A stretch of DNA of 60,877 nucleotides from Malacoraja senta (GCA_038087875.1 JAXLNO010000371.1:1-60877), one strand, 5' to 3'; shown: positions 46,003 to 58,299, counted from the first letter of the stretch. Notes: generated by a model from the sequence alone, not told the origin. Numbers and translations: made by a program.

Positions 46003-46850
46003 TTGTATACTCTGGAGTTTAGAAGGATGAGTGGGGATCTTATTGAAACATATAAGATTATTAAGGGCTTGGACACGCTAGAGGCAGGAAACATGTTCCC
46101 GATGTTGGGGGAGTCCAGAACCAGGGGCCACAGTTTAAGAATAAGGGGTAAGCCATTTAGAACGGAGATGAGGAAACACTTTTTCACACAGAGAGTTGTG
46201 AGTCTGTGGAATTCTCTGCCTCAGAGGGCGGTGGAGGCCGGTTCTCTGGATACTTTCAAGAGAGAGGTAGATAAGGCTCTTAAAGATAGTGGAGTCAGGG
46301 GATATGGGGAGAAGGCAGGAACGGGGTACTGATTGTGGATGATCAGCCATGATCACATTGAATGGCGGTGCTGGCTCGAAGGGCCGAATGGCCTACTCCT
46401 GCACTTATTGTCTATTGTCTATTGAGATTAATCCAAATGCAATCCATCCATCAGAAGAATGAGGGGGGACCTCATTGAAACATACAGAATAGTGAAAGGC
46501 TTGGACAGAGTGGGTGTGGAGAGGATGTTTCCACTAGTGGGAGAATCTAGGACCAGAGGTCACAGCCTCAGAATTAAAGGACGTTCTTTTAGGAAGCAGA
46601 TGAGGAATACTTTCTTTAGTCAGTGGGTGGTGAATCTGTGGAATTCATTGCCACAGAAGGCTGCGGAGGCCAAGTTAGGGGATTTTTTAAGGCAGAGATA
46701 GATAGATTGTTGATTAGTACCGGTGTCAGGGGTTACGGGGAGAAGGCAGTAGAATGGGGTTAGGAGGGAGAGATAGATGAGCCATGATTGAATGGCGAAG
46801 TAGACTTGATTGGCCGAATGGCCTAATTCTACTCCTATCACTTATGACCT
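46003..46850 (+). mobile_element. Two adjacent CR1 3' fragments of different subfamilies (46003-46423, ~46453-46850)
   Basis: ORFs 45949-46332 and 46459-46701, each with its own 3' UTR. Confidence 0.85.
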
Positions 46851-47234
46851 TCATGGTGTGAATGGTTTTGAGTAATGTGTGATATGCATCCCCTATTCCG
46901 ACTGTAATCACAGTAAGATTTAAGAATAAGATCAATGTTTGCATTTTACCCTTTTAGACTTTAGAGATACAATCCCTTCCGACCAACATGTCCCATCTAC
47001 ACTAGTCCCATCTGCCTGCGTTTGGCCCATATCCCTCTAAACCTGACTTATCCATATACCTGTCTAATGTTTCTTAAACGTTGGGATAGTCCCAGCCTCA
47101 ACTACCTCCTCTGGCAGCTCGTTCCATACACCCACCACCCACTGCAGACAAAAGTTGCCCCTCGGGTTTCTATTAGAAACCAGCCCTAGTTTCCCTCTCC
47201 CCTGACTTTCAGTCCGAAGAAGGGTCTTGACCCA

Positions 47235-47754
47235 AAACGTCATTGATCCATGTTCTCCAGAGATGCTGCCTGACCCGCTGAGTTACTCCAGCACTCTGTG
47301 AATCGTCACCTATCCATGTCCTCCACAGATGCTGCCTGACCCGCTGAGTTACTCCAGCACTCTGTGAATCGTCACCTATCCATGTTCTCCACAGATGCTG
47401 CCTGACCCGCTGAGTTACTCCAGCACTCTGTGAATCGTCACCTATCCATGTTCCAGCAGCATCTATGGAGTGAAGGAAATAGGCAACGTTTCAGCCCGAA
47501 ACCCTTCCGGGTTTCGACCCGAAACGTTGCCTATTTCCTTCAGGGTTTCGGCCCGAAAGGTTGCCCATTTCCTTCACTCCACAGATGCTGCCTGGCCCCC
47601 TGAGTTACTCCAGCACTCTGTGAAACGTCACCTATCCATGTTCTCAACAGATGCTGCCTGACCCGCTGAGTTACTCCAGCACTCTGTGAAACGTCACCTA
47701 TCCATGTTCTCCACAGATGCTGCCTGACCCGCTGAGTTACTCCAGCACTCTGTG
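47235..47754. repeat. Two 66-bp minisatellite arrays in the opposite orientation, separated by fold-back Penelope terminal pieces
   Basis: Reverse-complement units at ~47235-47452 (GAATCGTC variant) and ~47580-47754. Confidence 0.88.
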
Positions 47755-47834
47755 TCTATCTTCGGTTTAAACAGCACCTGCAGTTCCTTCCTACACGTTG
47801 ACGAGGGGTCCTGTTCTGCTCTTGTGGTTGACAG

Positions 47835-48037
47835 ACGGTGTGGCTTTGGAAGCTGAAGCAAGCGGTCAGGCAGTGCTTGGGGGGCAAGCTGGACTACCCG
47901 ATGTGGGGCAAGGGCAGCACGGAGACCTCCTGCACGGTGCCAGCTCAACGCTTTGCCACCTACACTTTCGTCAGCCATCCACGATTTACCGATGCCACCT
48001 ACGAAGGGGACTGGCACATGGGCAAACCTCAGGGCAG
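47835..48037 (+). CDS. ALS2CL: ALS2CL-like exon, PH end and first MORN repeat (TVWLWKLKQAV...ATYEGDWHMGKPQG)
   Basis: TTGACAG acceptor, AG|GTACAC donor, 203 nt, phase 0 to 2. YEGxWxxGxPxG MORN motif. Confidence 0.93.
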
Positions 48038-48109
48038 GTACACTCGCGTCAGTACTTAACCTTCTTGCTCAAGGTCCAGCAGAAAAATACACTCAAACAT
48101 GATTTTTTT

Positions 48110-48645
48110 TTAGCTTAGTTTAGTTTTGTTTAGTTTTGTTTTGTTTTATTTCATTTAGTTTAGTCTTGTTTAGTCTAATCTGGTCTAGTCTGGTTTGGTT
48201 TGGTTTGGTCTAGTTTAGTTTATATTAGACAATATACAATAGGTGCCGGAGTAGGCCATTCGGCCCTTCGAGCCAGTACAGCCATTCAATGTGATCATGG
48301 CTGATCATCCCCAATCAGTACCCCGTTCCTGCCTTCTCCCCATATCCCCTGACTCCGCTATCTTTAAGAGCCCTATCTAGCTCTCTCTTGAAAGTATCCA
48401 GAGAACCGGCCACCAATGTCCTCTGAGGCAGAGAATTCCGCAGACTCACAACTCTCTGGGAGAAAAAGTGTTTCCTCGTCTCCGTTCTAAATGTTTGGTC
48501 TTGTTTAGTTTAGTTCAGTTTAGTTTAGTTTAGTTAAGTTTTATTTAGTTTAATTAAGTTTAATTTAGTTTAATTTAGTCTTGTTTAGTTTGGTTTCGTT
48601 TAGTTTCGTTAAGTTTAGTTTAGTTTAGTTTAATCTTGTTTAGTC
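48110..48645. repeat. Degenerate (TTTAG)n microsatellite from a SINE tail, split by a CR1 3' fragment
   Basis: TTTAG/TCTAG/TTTGG runs at 48110-48225 and 48493-48645. Confidence 0.8.
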
Positions 48646-49627
48646 AAGAGTTTCGGTGGGGAAACAGGCCCTTCGGCCCACCGAGTCCGCGCCGACCAGC
48701 GATCCCCGCACACTAACACTATCCCACATACACCAGGGACTATTTTTATTTTTATACCAAGCCAATCAACCTACAAACCTGTACTTCTTTGGATTGTGGG
48801 AGGAAACCGAAATTCTCAGAGAAAACCCACGCCAGTGAGTACAGACAGCACCCGTAGCCGGATTCGAACCCGGGTCTCTGGCACGGTGAGGCTGCAACTC
48901 TACCGCTGCGCTGGGTAAAATTGTCATATGTTACCGACTGGCACCTACCAATCTACGCCGTGACAAGGCACAAGGGGTGGCACAGTGACCAGAGAGCAGT
49001 CCTGAACTACTATCTACCTCATTGGAGACCCTCAGACTATCCTTGATCGGACTATCATTGATCGGACTTTATCTTGCACTAAACGTTATTCCCTTTGTCC
49101 TGTATCTGTACACTGTAAATGGCTCGATTGTAATCATGTATTGTCTTTCCGCTGACTGGATAGCACGCAACAAAAGCTTTTCACTGTACCTCGGGACACG
49201 TGACAATAAACTCAACTACTGTCTCTAACGTTATTAGATTTTGTTCAGTTAAGGAGGTGAGGAGGAACTTCTTTAGTCGCCAATGCCCTGTACAATTGGC
49301 CTGAGTGTAGAAGTTGGGAGGTCATGTTGCAGTTGTACAAGACGTTGGTGAGATCGCATTTAGAATATTGTGTTCAGTACTGGGCACCATGTTATAGGGA
49401 AGATATTGTCAGATTTGAAAACATCCAGTGAATTGGCCTCCACTGCCTTCTGTGGCAGAGAATTCCGCAGATTCACAACTCTCTGGGTGAAAAAGTCCTA
49501 AATAGCCTACACCTTATTCTTAAACAGTGGCCCTTGTTTCTGGACTCCCCCAACATTGCGAACATTTTTCCTGTATGTAGTCTGTCCAATCCTTCAAGAT
49601 TTCTATATGTTTCTATAAGATCCCCTC

Positions 49628-50018
49628 TTGGGAGAGGGTAGGGCTGAAGATGTCCTGGTTGGGTTGCTCCTGGGCCTGGCCAAGCTGGCCATCCGCAAGT
49701 CACGGCGCCAGGCGGTGGAGGGCTTTACCCAAGCCGGCTGCCTGCCCCTTTTCCGGGGATACGTCCGTGCCCGGGTGCGGTTAGAAAGGGACTACTCGCT
49801 GTCCTCGGGCACCCTGTGTTCCGGGACCGCTGGGCTCCGCAGGATGTTGAATGCTTCCTCGATAAGGATTGTATCATAGTTGTATAGTCGTTTATTATGG
49901 ATATATGTTTGTATTGTATTATGGTGGTGAGTTCTGGCTTGTTTTATTGTAGTGTAAATATTATTTTTTAATAATTGAATACATTTTTTGATTAAAGAAA
50001 AAAAAAAAATAATAATAA
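49628..50018 (+). mobile_element. Tx1/L1-clade LINE 3' end with poly(A), nested in a minus-strand CR1
   Basis: EDVLVGLLLGLAKLAIRKSRR..CLPLFRGYVRARVRLE..FRDRWAP, then an AT-rich UTR and an A12/(AAT)n tail. Confidence 0.7.
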
Positions 50019-50330
50019 TATATCCTCTCATCCTTCTAAATTCCGGTGAATACAAGCCCGGTCGACCCATTCTTTCATCATATGTCAGTCCCGCCATCCC
50101 GGGAATTTCCATTTCAGCGAGCAGCTGTAGCAGGAGTAAAGGAGGAAAGAAGATAAGATTTTATCGCCTTCCATCCGCAGTGGTGGACGTTTATGTTAAC
50201 TTTAATGTAGTTGTCTGTCTTGTTGCTTTCTTGATATGACTGTATGGCAAACCAAATTCCTCGTATGTTGCAAAACATACTTGGCTAATAAATTACGATT
50301 ATGATTATGATTAGAATTAATTAATTATAA

Positions 50331-50750
50331 TCTCCGTGGATTGTCACCTTGTCGTGGTGGAGAAGCTTGTGTGGACCTGAGATCCTGAGAGCGATGCCGT
50401 CTGGAGCGATGCTCCTGGTAGGGCCACCCATGGCGGTAAGGTCGAGGGGGAGGTCCCTGACAAAGAGCAATCCAACCAAGACCTCAACGGTGGAACAGGC
50501 GGAGGACGATGGCTGACCTTAGTGGAGCGTCACAACGGCTGGGAAGGCGGATGAAGGCTGCAGCAGAAAAGGGTCTCCGGTCGTCTTGGACTCCATGCCA
50601 CTGGATCCTGACCCAGATCTGTCAAGGACCGTGGGGTGGCTGTCTGTGCACCAGTCTCCCCACGTTAAACAAAGTCACGCACTGGCGTCCCCCAACCCTG
50701 GAGACACCCATGGTCAGACATGACCGAAGGGGGGCTAAGAAGATAAGAAG
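50331..50750 (+). mobile_element. Short non-autonomous RTE/Ingi-like retroposon with a possible 5' HDV-like ribozyme
   Basis: 5' CACCTTGTCGTGG...AGGGCCACCCA...CTGACAAA resembles recalled RTE-type 5' ends. 3' tail TAAGAAGATAAGAAG. No ORF with recognisable homology. Confidence 0.55.
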
Positions 50751-50952
50751 ATATTGCAGGAGGAATTGTGGGGGGAAGGAACAAAGGAGGACCTGGCGCG
50801 GTTGTACTTTGTAAATTTGTCAGCCCCCTTTATGTAGCGGCTATTCGCATACCTTGAGTATGCAAGCAAAGAATTTCACCGCGACTTTATTCATACATTC
50901 ATTCATTCATAAAGTATTCTTTCTTTCATTTATATATTTGTTCTTGCTTCAG

Positions 50953-51018
50953 TGGAATCATGAAGTGGCCAGATGGACGGAACTATGCCGGACAATATGA
51001 AGGAGGTCAGGAGCATGG
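50953..51018 (+). CDS. ALS2CL: ALS2CL-like MORN exon (GIMKWPDGRNYAGQYEGGQEHG)
   Basis: TTGCTTCAG acceptor, GG|GTGAGC donor, 66 nt. KWPDGRN matches recalled ALS2CL. Confidence 0.93.
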
Positions 51019-51830
51019 GTGAGCAAAGCCTAAACCACCCATCCACACTCAGAGAAAGATAGATTCTTGATCAGTGCGGGTGTCAGAGGTTATGAGGAGA
51101 AGGCAAGAGAATGGGGTTAGGACGGAGAAATAGATCAGTTTTGATTGAATGGCGGAGTAGACTTGATGGGCCGAATGGCCTAATTCTGCTCCTATCACTT
51201 ATGATCCTGGAGAGAAGGAATTCTTCAAAACATCACCTATTCCTTCTTTCCAGAATTGCTGTCAGTCCCGCTCAGTTACTCCAGCACCTTGTGTCATCTT
51301 CTTCTCCTTGCGTATGGCGTGCACAGCCTAATGTTGTAGGACAACTTGTTCTATTTGATCTTATTTGATTGTGCACGCCAGGTTGATTGCATTCGTTGAA
51401 ACAGGGCAGACCACGTGAAGGTTGCAATCTTCCACCCCACCTTGTGTCTACCTTCAGTGTAGACCAGCAACTGCAGTTCCTTCCTACGCCTCTACATCTC
51501 ATATTGTCAAGCAGTCCATCCCCTGACTGCCTCTCGTAGCAGTGAGAAAATTTGCTGAAATTATAAGCAGAAATTCTGCTCCTCTCACTTATGAACCTAT
51601 GTGTAGGTATAACTGCAGATGCTGGTTTAAATCGAAGGCAGACACAAAATGCTGGAGTAACTCAGCGGGACAGGCAGCATCTCAGGAGAGAAGGAATGGG
51701 TGACGTTTCAGGTCGAGACCCTTCTTCAGACTCGGGTGCTTAACTGATGAACTTATTGCAGGTTAAATAGGAGCAGCTGAAGCAAAAGCCACCCCTGTGT
51801 AATAATGATGACGATCTAACGTCTAATGCT

Positions 51831-52430
51831 GAAAGAACTGCAGATGCTGGAAAAATCAAAGCGAGACAAAAATGTTGGAGAAACTCAGCGGGTGAGGCAG
51901 CATCTATGGAGCGAAGGAAAGACTGATGTGGAGGTGGGGGGGGGGGCAGGAAGGAGAAAGGAAGAGGCGGAGACAGAGGGCTCTGGGAGAGCTGGGAAGG
52001 GGAGGGAAAGCAAGGACTACCTGAAATTGGAGAAGTCAATGTTCATACCGCTGGGGTGTAAACTACCCAAGCGAAATATGAGGTGCTGCTCCTCCAATTT
52101 GAGGTGGGACTCACTCCGGCCATGGAGGAGGGCCAGGACAGAAAGGTTGGATTCGGAATGGGAGGGGGAGTTGAAGTGCTGAGCCACCGGGAGATCAGGT
52201 TGGTTAATGCGAACCGAGCGGAGGTGTTGGGCGAAACGATCGCCGAGACTGCACTTGGTGTCACCGATGTATAGAAGTTGACACCTGGAACAGCGGATGC
52301 AGTAGATGAGGTTGGTGGAGCTGCAAGTGAACCTCTGCCCCACCTGGAAAGACTACTTGGGTCCTTGGATGGAGTCGAGGGGGGAGGTAAAGCGACAAGT
52401 GTAGCATCTCCTGCGGTTGCAAGGGAAAGT
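51831..52430 (-). mobile_element. Penelope-like element (Neptune-type) 3' fragment with GIY-YIG endonuclease
   Basis: ORF 52017-52343: FTCSSTNLIYCIRCSRCQLLYIGDTK..RFAQH..VAQHF..H..EQHLIFRLGSLHPSGMN. Confidence 0.9.
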
Positions 52431-52462
52431 TGTCTAACTGTCTAATTGTCTCTTTGCCACAG

Positions 52463-52558
52463 GTTCGGTGTACACCTCGCGCCCGGAACGCCAGAGAGCT
52501 TCGACTGCTACAAATGCCACTGGAAAATGGGAAAGATGTGTGGATACGGCATCTGTGA
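52463..52558 (+). CDS. ALS2CL: ALS2CL-like MORN exon (FGVHLAPGTPESFDCYKCHWKMGKMCGYGICE)
   Basis: TTTGCCACAG acceptor, GA|GTAAGT donor, 96 nt. FDCYKCHW..G.MCGYGICE matches recalled ALS2CL rather than ALS2. Confidence 0.95.
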   Translation, partial: VRCTPRARNARELRLLQMPLENGKDVWIRHL

Positions 52559-53371
52559 GTAAGTACAACTAATAACCTCAGAAGATCATGTTACCATGGA
52601 CACACACACCGACACACAGCACCATCCGAGATGGCAAGAAACCGCAGCCCAGACCATCGCACAAACCAACCTCCCTTTCATTGACTCCATCTACACCTCA
52701 TGCTGCCTCGGCAAGGCCAGCAGCATAATCAAGGACCAGTCATACCCTGGCCACTCCCTCTTCTCCCCTCTCCCATCGGGCAAGAGGTACAGAAGTGTGA
52801 AAACGCACACCTCCAGATTCAGGGACAGTTTCTTCCCAGCTGCTATCAGGCAACTGAATCATCCTATCACAACCAGAGAACGGTCCTGAACTAGTATCTA
52901 CCTCATTGGTGACCCTCGGACTATCCTTGATCGGACTTTGCTTGCTTTACCTTGCACTAAACGTTATTCCCTTATCATGTATCGATACACTGTAAACGGC
53001 TCATCATGTATTGTCTTTTCACTGACTGGTCAGCACGCAACGAAGGCACAAGAACGCACTTGAAATCCCCACCGGAAGTTCACCCGAAAACGTGTCTCCT
53101 AGGCCGGGTGGGGCGACTGATCTTGACTTCATAGGGACTACCGCGGCTGGTCGGCGGGTGGAAATTGCTCCCTGCGGCCGGGGCTGTGGGTCCGTCCCCA
53201 TTGCCGACTTCCGAGGCTGACTTTGCGGTGCCGGTATCTCGGCCCCCCAGCGACCTAGGCGGAACATTCCGGTACCGCTCGACTCCACTCGGAGGCCCTG
53301 ACCTCTGCTGGTCCGGCAACACGGATAATCCGGCAAGGCTCAGGAACCAAGGGGGCCGGAGAATCGTTGGT

Positions 53372-53888
53372 GGACATTCTTGCTATTGAGGGAGTGCAGC
53401 GTAGGTTTACAAGGTTAATTCCCAGGATGGCGGGACTGTCATATGTTGATAGAATGGAGTGACTGGGCTTGTATACTCTGGAGTTTAGAAGGATGAGAGG
53501 GGATCTTATAGAAACATATAAGATTGTTAAGGGCTTGGACACGCTGGAGGCAGGAAACATGTTCCCGATGTTAGGGGAGTCCAGAACCAGGGGCCACAGT
53601 TTACGAATAAGGAGTAAGCCATTTAGAACGGAGACGAGGAAACACTTTTTCTCACAGAGAGTTGTGAGTCTGTGGAATTCTCTGCCTCAGAGGGCGGTGG
53701 AGGCCGGTTCTCTGGATGCTTTCAAGAGAGAGCTAGATAGGGCTCTTAAAGATAGCGGAGTCAGGGGATATGGGGTGAAGGCAGGAACGGGGTACTGATT
53801 GGGGATGATCAGCCATGATCACATTGAATGGCGGTGCTGGCTCCAAGGGCTGAATGGCCTACTCCTGCACCTATTGTCTATTGTCTAT
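53372..53888 (+). mobile_element. CR1 LINE 3' fragment; similar short copies at ~5785-6044(-), 6598-6825(+), 17586-17772(-), 19965-20290(+), 25397-25630(-), 28520-28828(-), 30873-31107(-), 37362-37660(+), 38760-39003(+), 39172-39556(-), 45355-45660(-), 48226-48492(-), 54458-54798(+), 56090-56420(+)
   Basis: Shared QRVVSLWNSLPQRAVEA..GYGEKAGTGY coding end and a conserved 3' UTR with 7-8-bp microsatellite tails. Confidence 0.88.
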
Positions 53889-55322
53889 AGACCTGTATAG
53901 CCCAAGGGTATAGTACAGGACAAGATTGGGCTTCACAGTGGCGCAGCGGTAGAGTTGCTGCCTTACAGTGAATGAAGCGCCGGGGACCCTGGTTCCATCC
54001 CGACCACGGGCGCTGTCTGCACATCCACAGTTTGTACGTTCTCCCCGTGACCTGCGTGGGTTTTCTCAAAGACCTTCAGTTTCCTTCCGCACTCCAAAGA
54101 CGTGCAGGTTTGTAGGTTAATTGGCTTGGTTAAAATGTAAAAATTGTCCCTAGTGTGTGTAGGATGGTGTTAATGTGCTGGTCGGCACGGACCCGGTGGG
54201 CCGAAGGGCCTGTTTCCGTGCTGTATCTCTAAACTAAACTAAACTAAATATAACAGTATAAAGGACTGTCTTTGACAACTCACACTCCAGTAACTTGTAT
54301 AAACTGCCTTTGTTAAATACACATTCTTAAAATTCTGCACCAGTTTTATGCCCAAGTTTAGAAGCATAAATGTACTCTCAACTGAATTAAATAAACTGTT
54401 CCATGGCTGCTTAGTTTTCCACCCCCATCTTCCTCTCTCGATCCGATACCCACGCTACAGGCAGGAAACATGTTCCCGATGTTGGGGGAGTCCAGAACCA
54501 GGGGCCACAGTTTAAGAATAAGGAGTAAGCCATTTAGAACGGAGACGAGGAAACACTTTTTCTCACAGAGAGTTGTGAGTCTGTGGAATTCTCTGCCTCA
54601 GAGGGCGGTGGAGGCCGGTTCTCTGGATACTTTCAAGAGAGAGCTAGATAGGGCTCTTAAAAATAGCGGAGTCAGGGGATATGGGGAGAAGGCAGGAACG
54701 GGGTACTGATTGGGGATGATCAGCCATGATCACATTGAATGGCGGTGTTGGCTCAAAGGGCTGAATGGCCTCCTCCTGCACCTATTGTCTATTGTCTATC
54801 ATCTAAAATCAGTACCCCGTTCCTGCTTTCTCCCCATACCCCTTGATTCCGTTAGCCCCAAGAGCTAAATCTAACTCTCTCTTGAAAACATCCAGTGAAT
54901 CGGCCTCCACTGCCTTCTGTGGCAGAGAATTCCACGGATTCACAACTCTCTGGGTAAAAATGTTTTTCCTCATCTCAGTCCTAAATGGCCTACCCCTTAT
55001 TCTTAAACCTCTGATTGTTGCATCACTTCCTCCTGTATTGTGAAGAAATATCTTCCGTCGAGCTTTAATGAGCTTATTTCTAAATTTAGAACGTAGAACA
55101 GGAACACTCCCTTCAGTCCATAATATCTGTGCCGAACATGATGTCAAGACCAACCCGTGGCACCCTGTGTAAAACAACCTGCCCTGCACATCTCCTTTAA
55201 ACTTTGCCCCTCTAACCTTAAAGCTGCGCCCTCTAGTATTTTAATTTTTCCATCCTGGGAAAAAGGTTCTGAATGTCTACCCTATCTACGCCTCTCGTAA
55301 TTTTATAAACTTCTATCAGGGC

Positions 55323-55842
55323 TAGAGTTGCCAACTTCCTCCCTCCCAAATAAGGAACAAAAGGTCAAAATAAGGGACAAATTCCCGACAGCAATCCGTT
55401 GACTGACTCGGCCGTGGCTGGGTGAATGATGAGTAGGCCCGGGTGCTGGACTGCACACAAAGCCCAGCCGGCGGGCCAGCTGAGGAGTTTTGGCCCGGGC
55501 CGCGCCCCATCCAACTCTTGAACCGATGATCGGCCGTGAGAAGGAGGGGTGGTGGTGGTGTCGGCGGTAAGCGAAGGTCCGAAGGTCGGACAGCTGGCCG
55601 GGCTGCCGACCGACCGACGGGGCCACGGGCGAGGCGCTGCTGCTGCTGCTGCTGCTGCACTCCATGGGCTGCACTACGTCGGGACGGGTGAGGCGGGGCC
55701 GGACGCGGCGCTCCGACCCGACAGTCCCCTCGACCCGAGTAGTAGCGGTCAAATACGGGACAAGGGCGGTCCCGTACGGGACAAACCAATTTAGCCTAAT
55801 ATACGGGATGTCCCGGCTAATACGGGACAGTTGGCAGCCCTA
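55323..55842. mobile_element. Non-autonomous hAT-like MITE, family A
   Basis: TIRs TAGAGTTGCCAAC / GTTGGCAGCCCTA; 8-bp TSD ATCAGGGC / ATCTGGGC. Confidence 0.87.
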
Positions 55843-57177
55843 ATCTGGGCTCCCCTCATCTTCTGACGTTCCAGTGAAAACAATCTATATGTCCAAACTC
55901 CCAGCTGCTAAAGCTCTCTAATCCGGGCATTCAGACACCAGACCAAAGTGCTATAAAGCTGCAACATGACTTCCTGACTCTTGTCATAAGGTCATAAGGA
56001 GCAGAATTAGGCCATTCGGCCCATCAAGTCTACTCCGCCATTCAATCATGGCTGCTCGATCTCTCCCTCCCAACCCCCATTCTCCTGCCTTCCCGATGTT
56101 GGGGGAGTCCAGAACCAGGGGCCACAGTTTAAGAATAAGGGGTAGGCCATTTGGAACGGAGACGAGGAAACACCTTTTCACACAGAGAGTGGTGAATCTG
56201 TGGAATTCTCTGCCTCAGAAGGCGGTGGAGACCAGTTCTATGGATACTTTCAAAAGAGACCTAGATAGGGCTCTTAACGATAGCGGAGTTAAGGGAGATG
56301 GGATGAAGGCAGGAACGGGGTACAGATTGGGGATGATCAGCCATGATCACATTGAATGGCGGTGCTGGCTCGAAGGGCCGAATGGCCTACTCTTGCACCT
56401 ATTGTCTATTGTCTATTGTTTATTGAGTCCTGGTTGGACCAACGCCCACAACATTCCATGGTGTCTCTCTGAGAGGGAGGAACAACAAACAAACTGCTGC
56501 CTGTGCACATTCTTTGCGTAGCCTCGTTTGTTAGCACAGGTCCGAACTTTGCTGGGACAGGTTCAAGGCTCATCGAGGATTTTTATTTTAGTCTAGTTTA
56601 GAGATACTGCACGAAAACAGGCCCTTCAGCCCATCGAGTCCCCGCCGACCAGTGATCCCCACACACTAACACTATCCTACACACACTAAGGACAATTTAC
56701 AATCTTCACTGAAGCCAATTAACTTGCAAACCCGCACGTCTTTGGAGTGTGGGAGGAAACCGGAGCACCCGGAGAAAACCCTCGCGGTCACGGGGAGAAC
56801 GTACAAACTCCGTACAGACAACACCCGTAGTCAGGATGGAACCCGGGTCTCTGGCGCTGTGAGGCAGCAACTCTACCGCTGTGCCACTGTTAAATGGTGT
56901 GTATATCGTAACATCTTGCACCTCAATGCGAAACAGTACTTTAAAGTTCTCCAGTTTCCTTCTCCTCTGACTCTCAGTCTGATGAAGGGTCTCGACCCAA
57001 AACATCACCGATTCCTTTTCTCCACAGATGCTGCCTGACCCGCTGAGTTACTCCAGCACTCTGTGAAACGTCACCTATCCATGTTCTCCACAGATGCTGT
57101 CTGACCCGCTGAGTTACTCCAGCACTTTGTGTCTATCTTCTTTAAAGTCACTCCTCTTTCTCTCTCTTTCTCCACAG

Positions 57178-57339
57178 GTATGGAAATGGCACGGTTTATA
57201 AAGGTTACTTCCAAGATAAACAAAGACATGGATTTGGAATTCTAAAAAACTCAGGGTTGAAAAATCTTCCCTTCATGTACGTGGGGCACTGGGAAAACGA
57301 CAAGAAATCGGGATACGGAGTGTTGGATGATCCGGACAA
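57178..57339 (+). CDS. ALS2CL: ALS2CL-like MORN exon (YGNGTVYKGYFQDKQRHGFGIL...YVGHWENDKKSGYGVLDDPD); gene continues beyond the window
   Basis: Long pyrimidine tract plus CAG acceptor, AA|GTAAGG donor, 162 nt. Two MORN motifs. Confidence 0.95.
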
Positions 57340-57779
57340 GTAAGGACACCATCTGATCTACGGTGGCGCAGTGGTAGAGTCACTGCCTCACAGCGCTAGA
57401 GACCCGGGTTCCATCCCGACTACGGGTGCTGTCTGGGCGGAGTTGTACGTTCTCCCCGTGACCTGCATGGGTTTTCTCCGAGATCTTCGGTTTCCTCCCG
57501 CACTCCAAAGACGTGCGGATTTGTAGGTTAATTGGCTTGGTGTAAATGTAAATTGTCCCCAGTGTGTGTAGGATTGCGTTAATGTGCGGGGATCGCTGGT
57601 TGGTGAGGACTGAAGGGCCTGTTTCCGCACGACATCTCTAAACTAAACTAAATACTGAAATGAAGTACTCTTGGGACCCTCAGGACCAATATAGACACTA
57701 GTCTGTGTAGGTAGACTCCACGTTAAGTCAGGTCAATGTTGGGCGGCAAGGCGGTGCAGCGGTAGAGTTGATGCCTTTA

Positions 57780-58299
57780 GGGCCTGTCCCACTAAGGCAA
57801 GTTTATTTGCGAGTTTAGGAGAGTGTCATGGTCCTGTTGTTATATCGCCGAAAATTTGGCATCCTTCAACTAAGTAGAACACCTCCTACGACCTCCTACG
57901 AATATGTAGAAGACGAGCCTCGACCAGTTTCGATTGAATCGCGATGGTCTCGGGAAAATTGGACTCGACTACCTTTGATTACCTTCGATTACCTTCGATC
58001 ACCTACGACTAACATGCCGACCTACTATGACCTACTTCGACTAAACCTACGAGTAAAAAAATATCGATTTATTTCCATGGCGACCAATTTTTACTCGCAG
58101 AAAAATGTTCAGCATGTTGAAAAATCTCCCTCGACCAAACTGAGGCCGCGAGTAGTAACCACTATGCAGGAACTCCTCTCAACCATGAAGGAGCCTCACC
58201 AGTGGCCACGTACGACCACGTGTCGACCATGCTGAAAGCGTATGGCAAGCGCAGACTCTCATAAACTCGCAGATAAGGTCGCCATAGTGGGACAGGCCT
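57780..58299. mobile_element. MITE, probably PIF/Harbinger-type, inserted in a SINE head
   Basis: TIRs GGGCCTGTCCCACTA / TAGTGGGACAGGCCT and TTA on both sides. SINE sequence (..GTTGATGCC | CAGCGCCAGAG..) resumes after it. Confidence 0.78.

Noticed and set aside
57828..58235. 135-aa ORF as a transposase
   Set aside because: No DDE or DNA-binding motif; it lies in the low-complexity interior of a 520-bp MITE.
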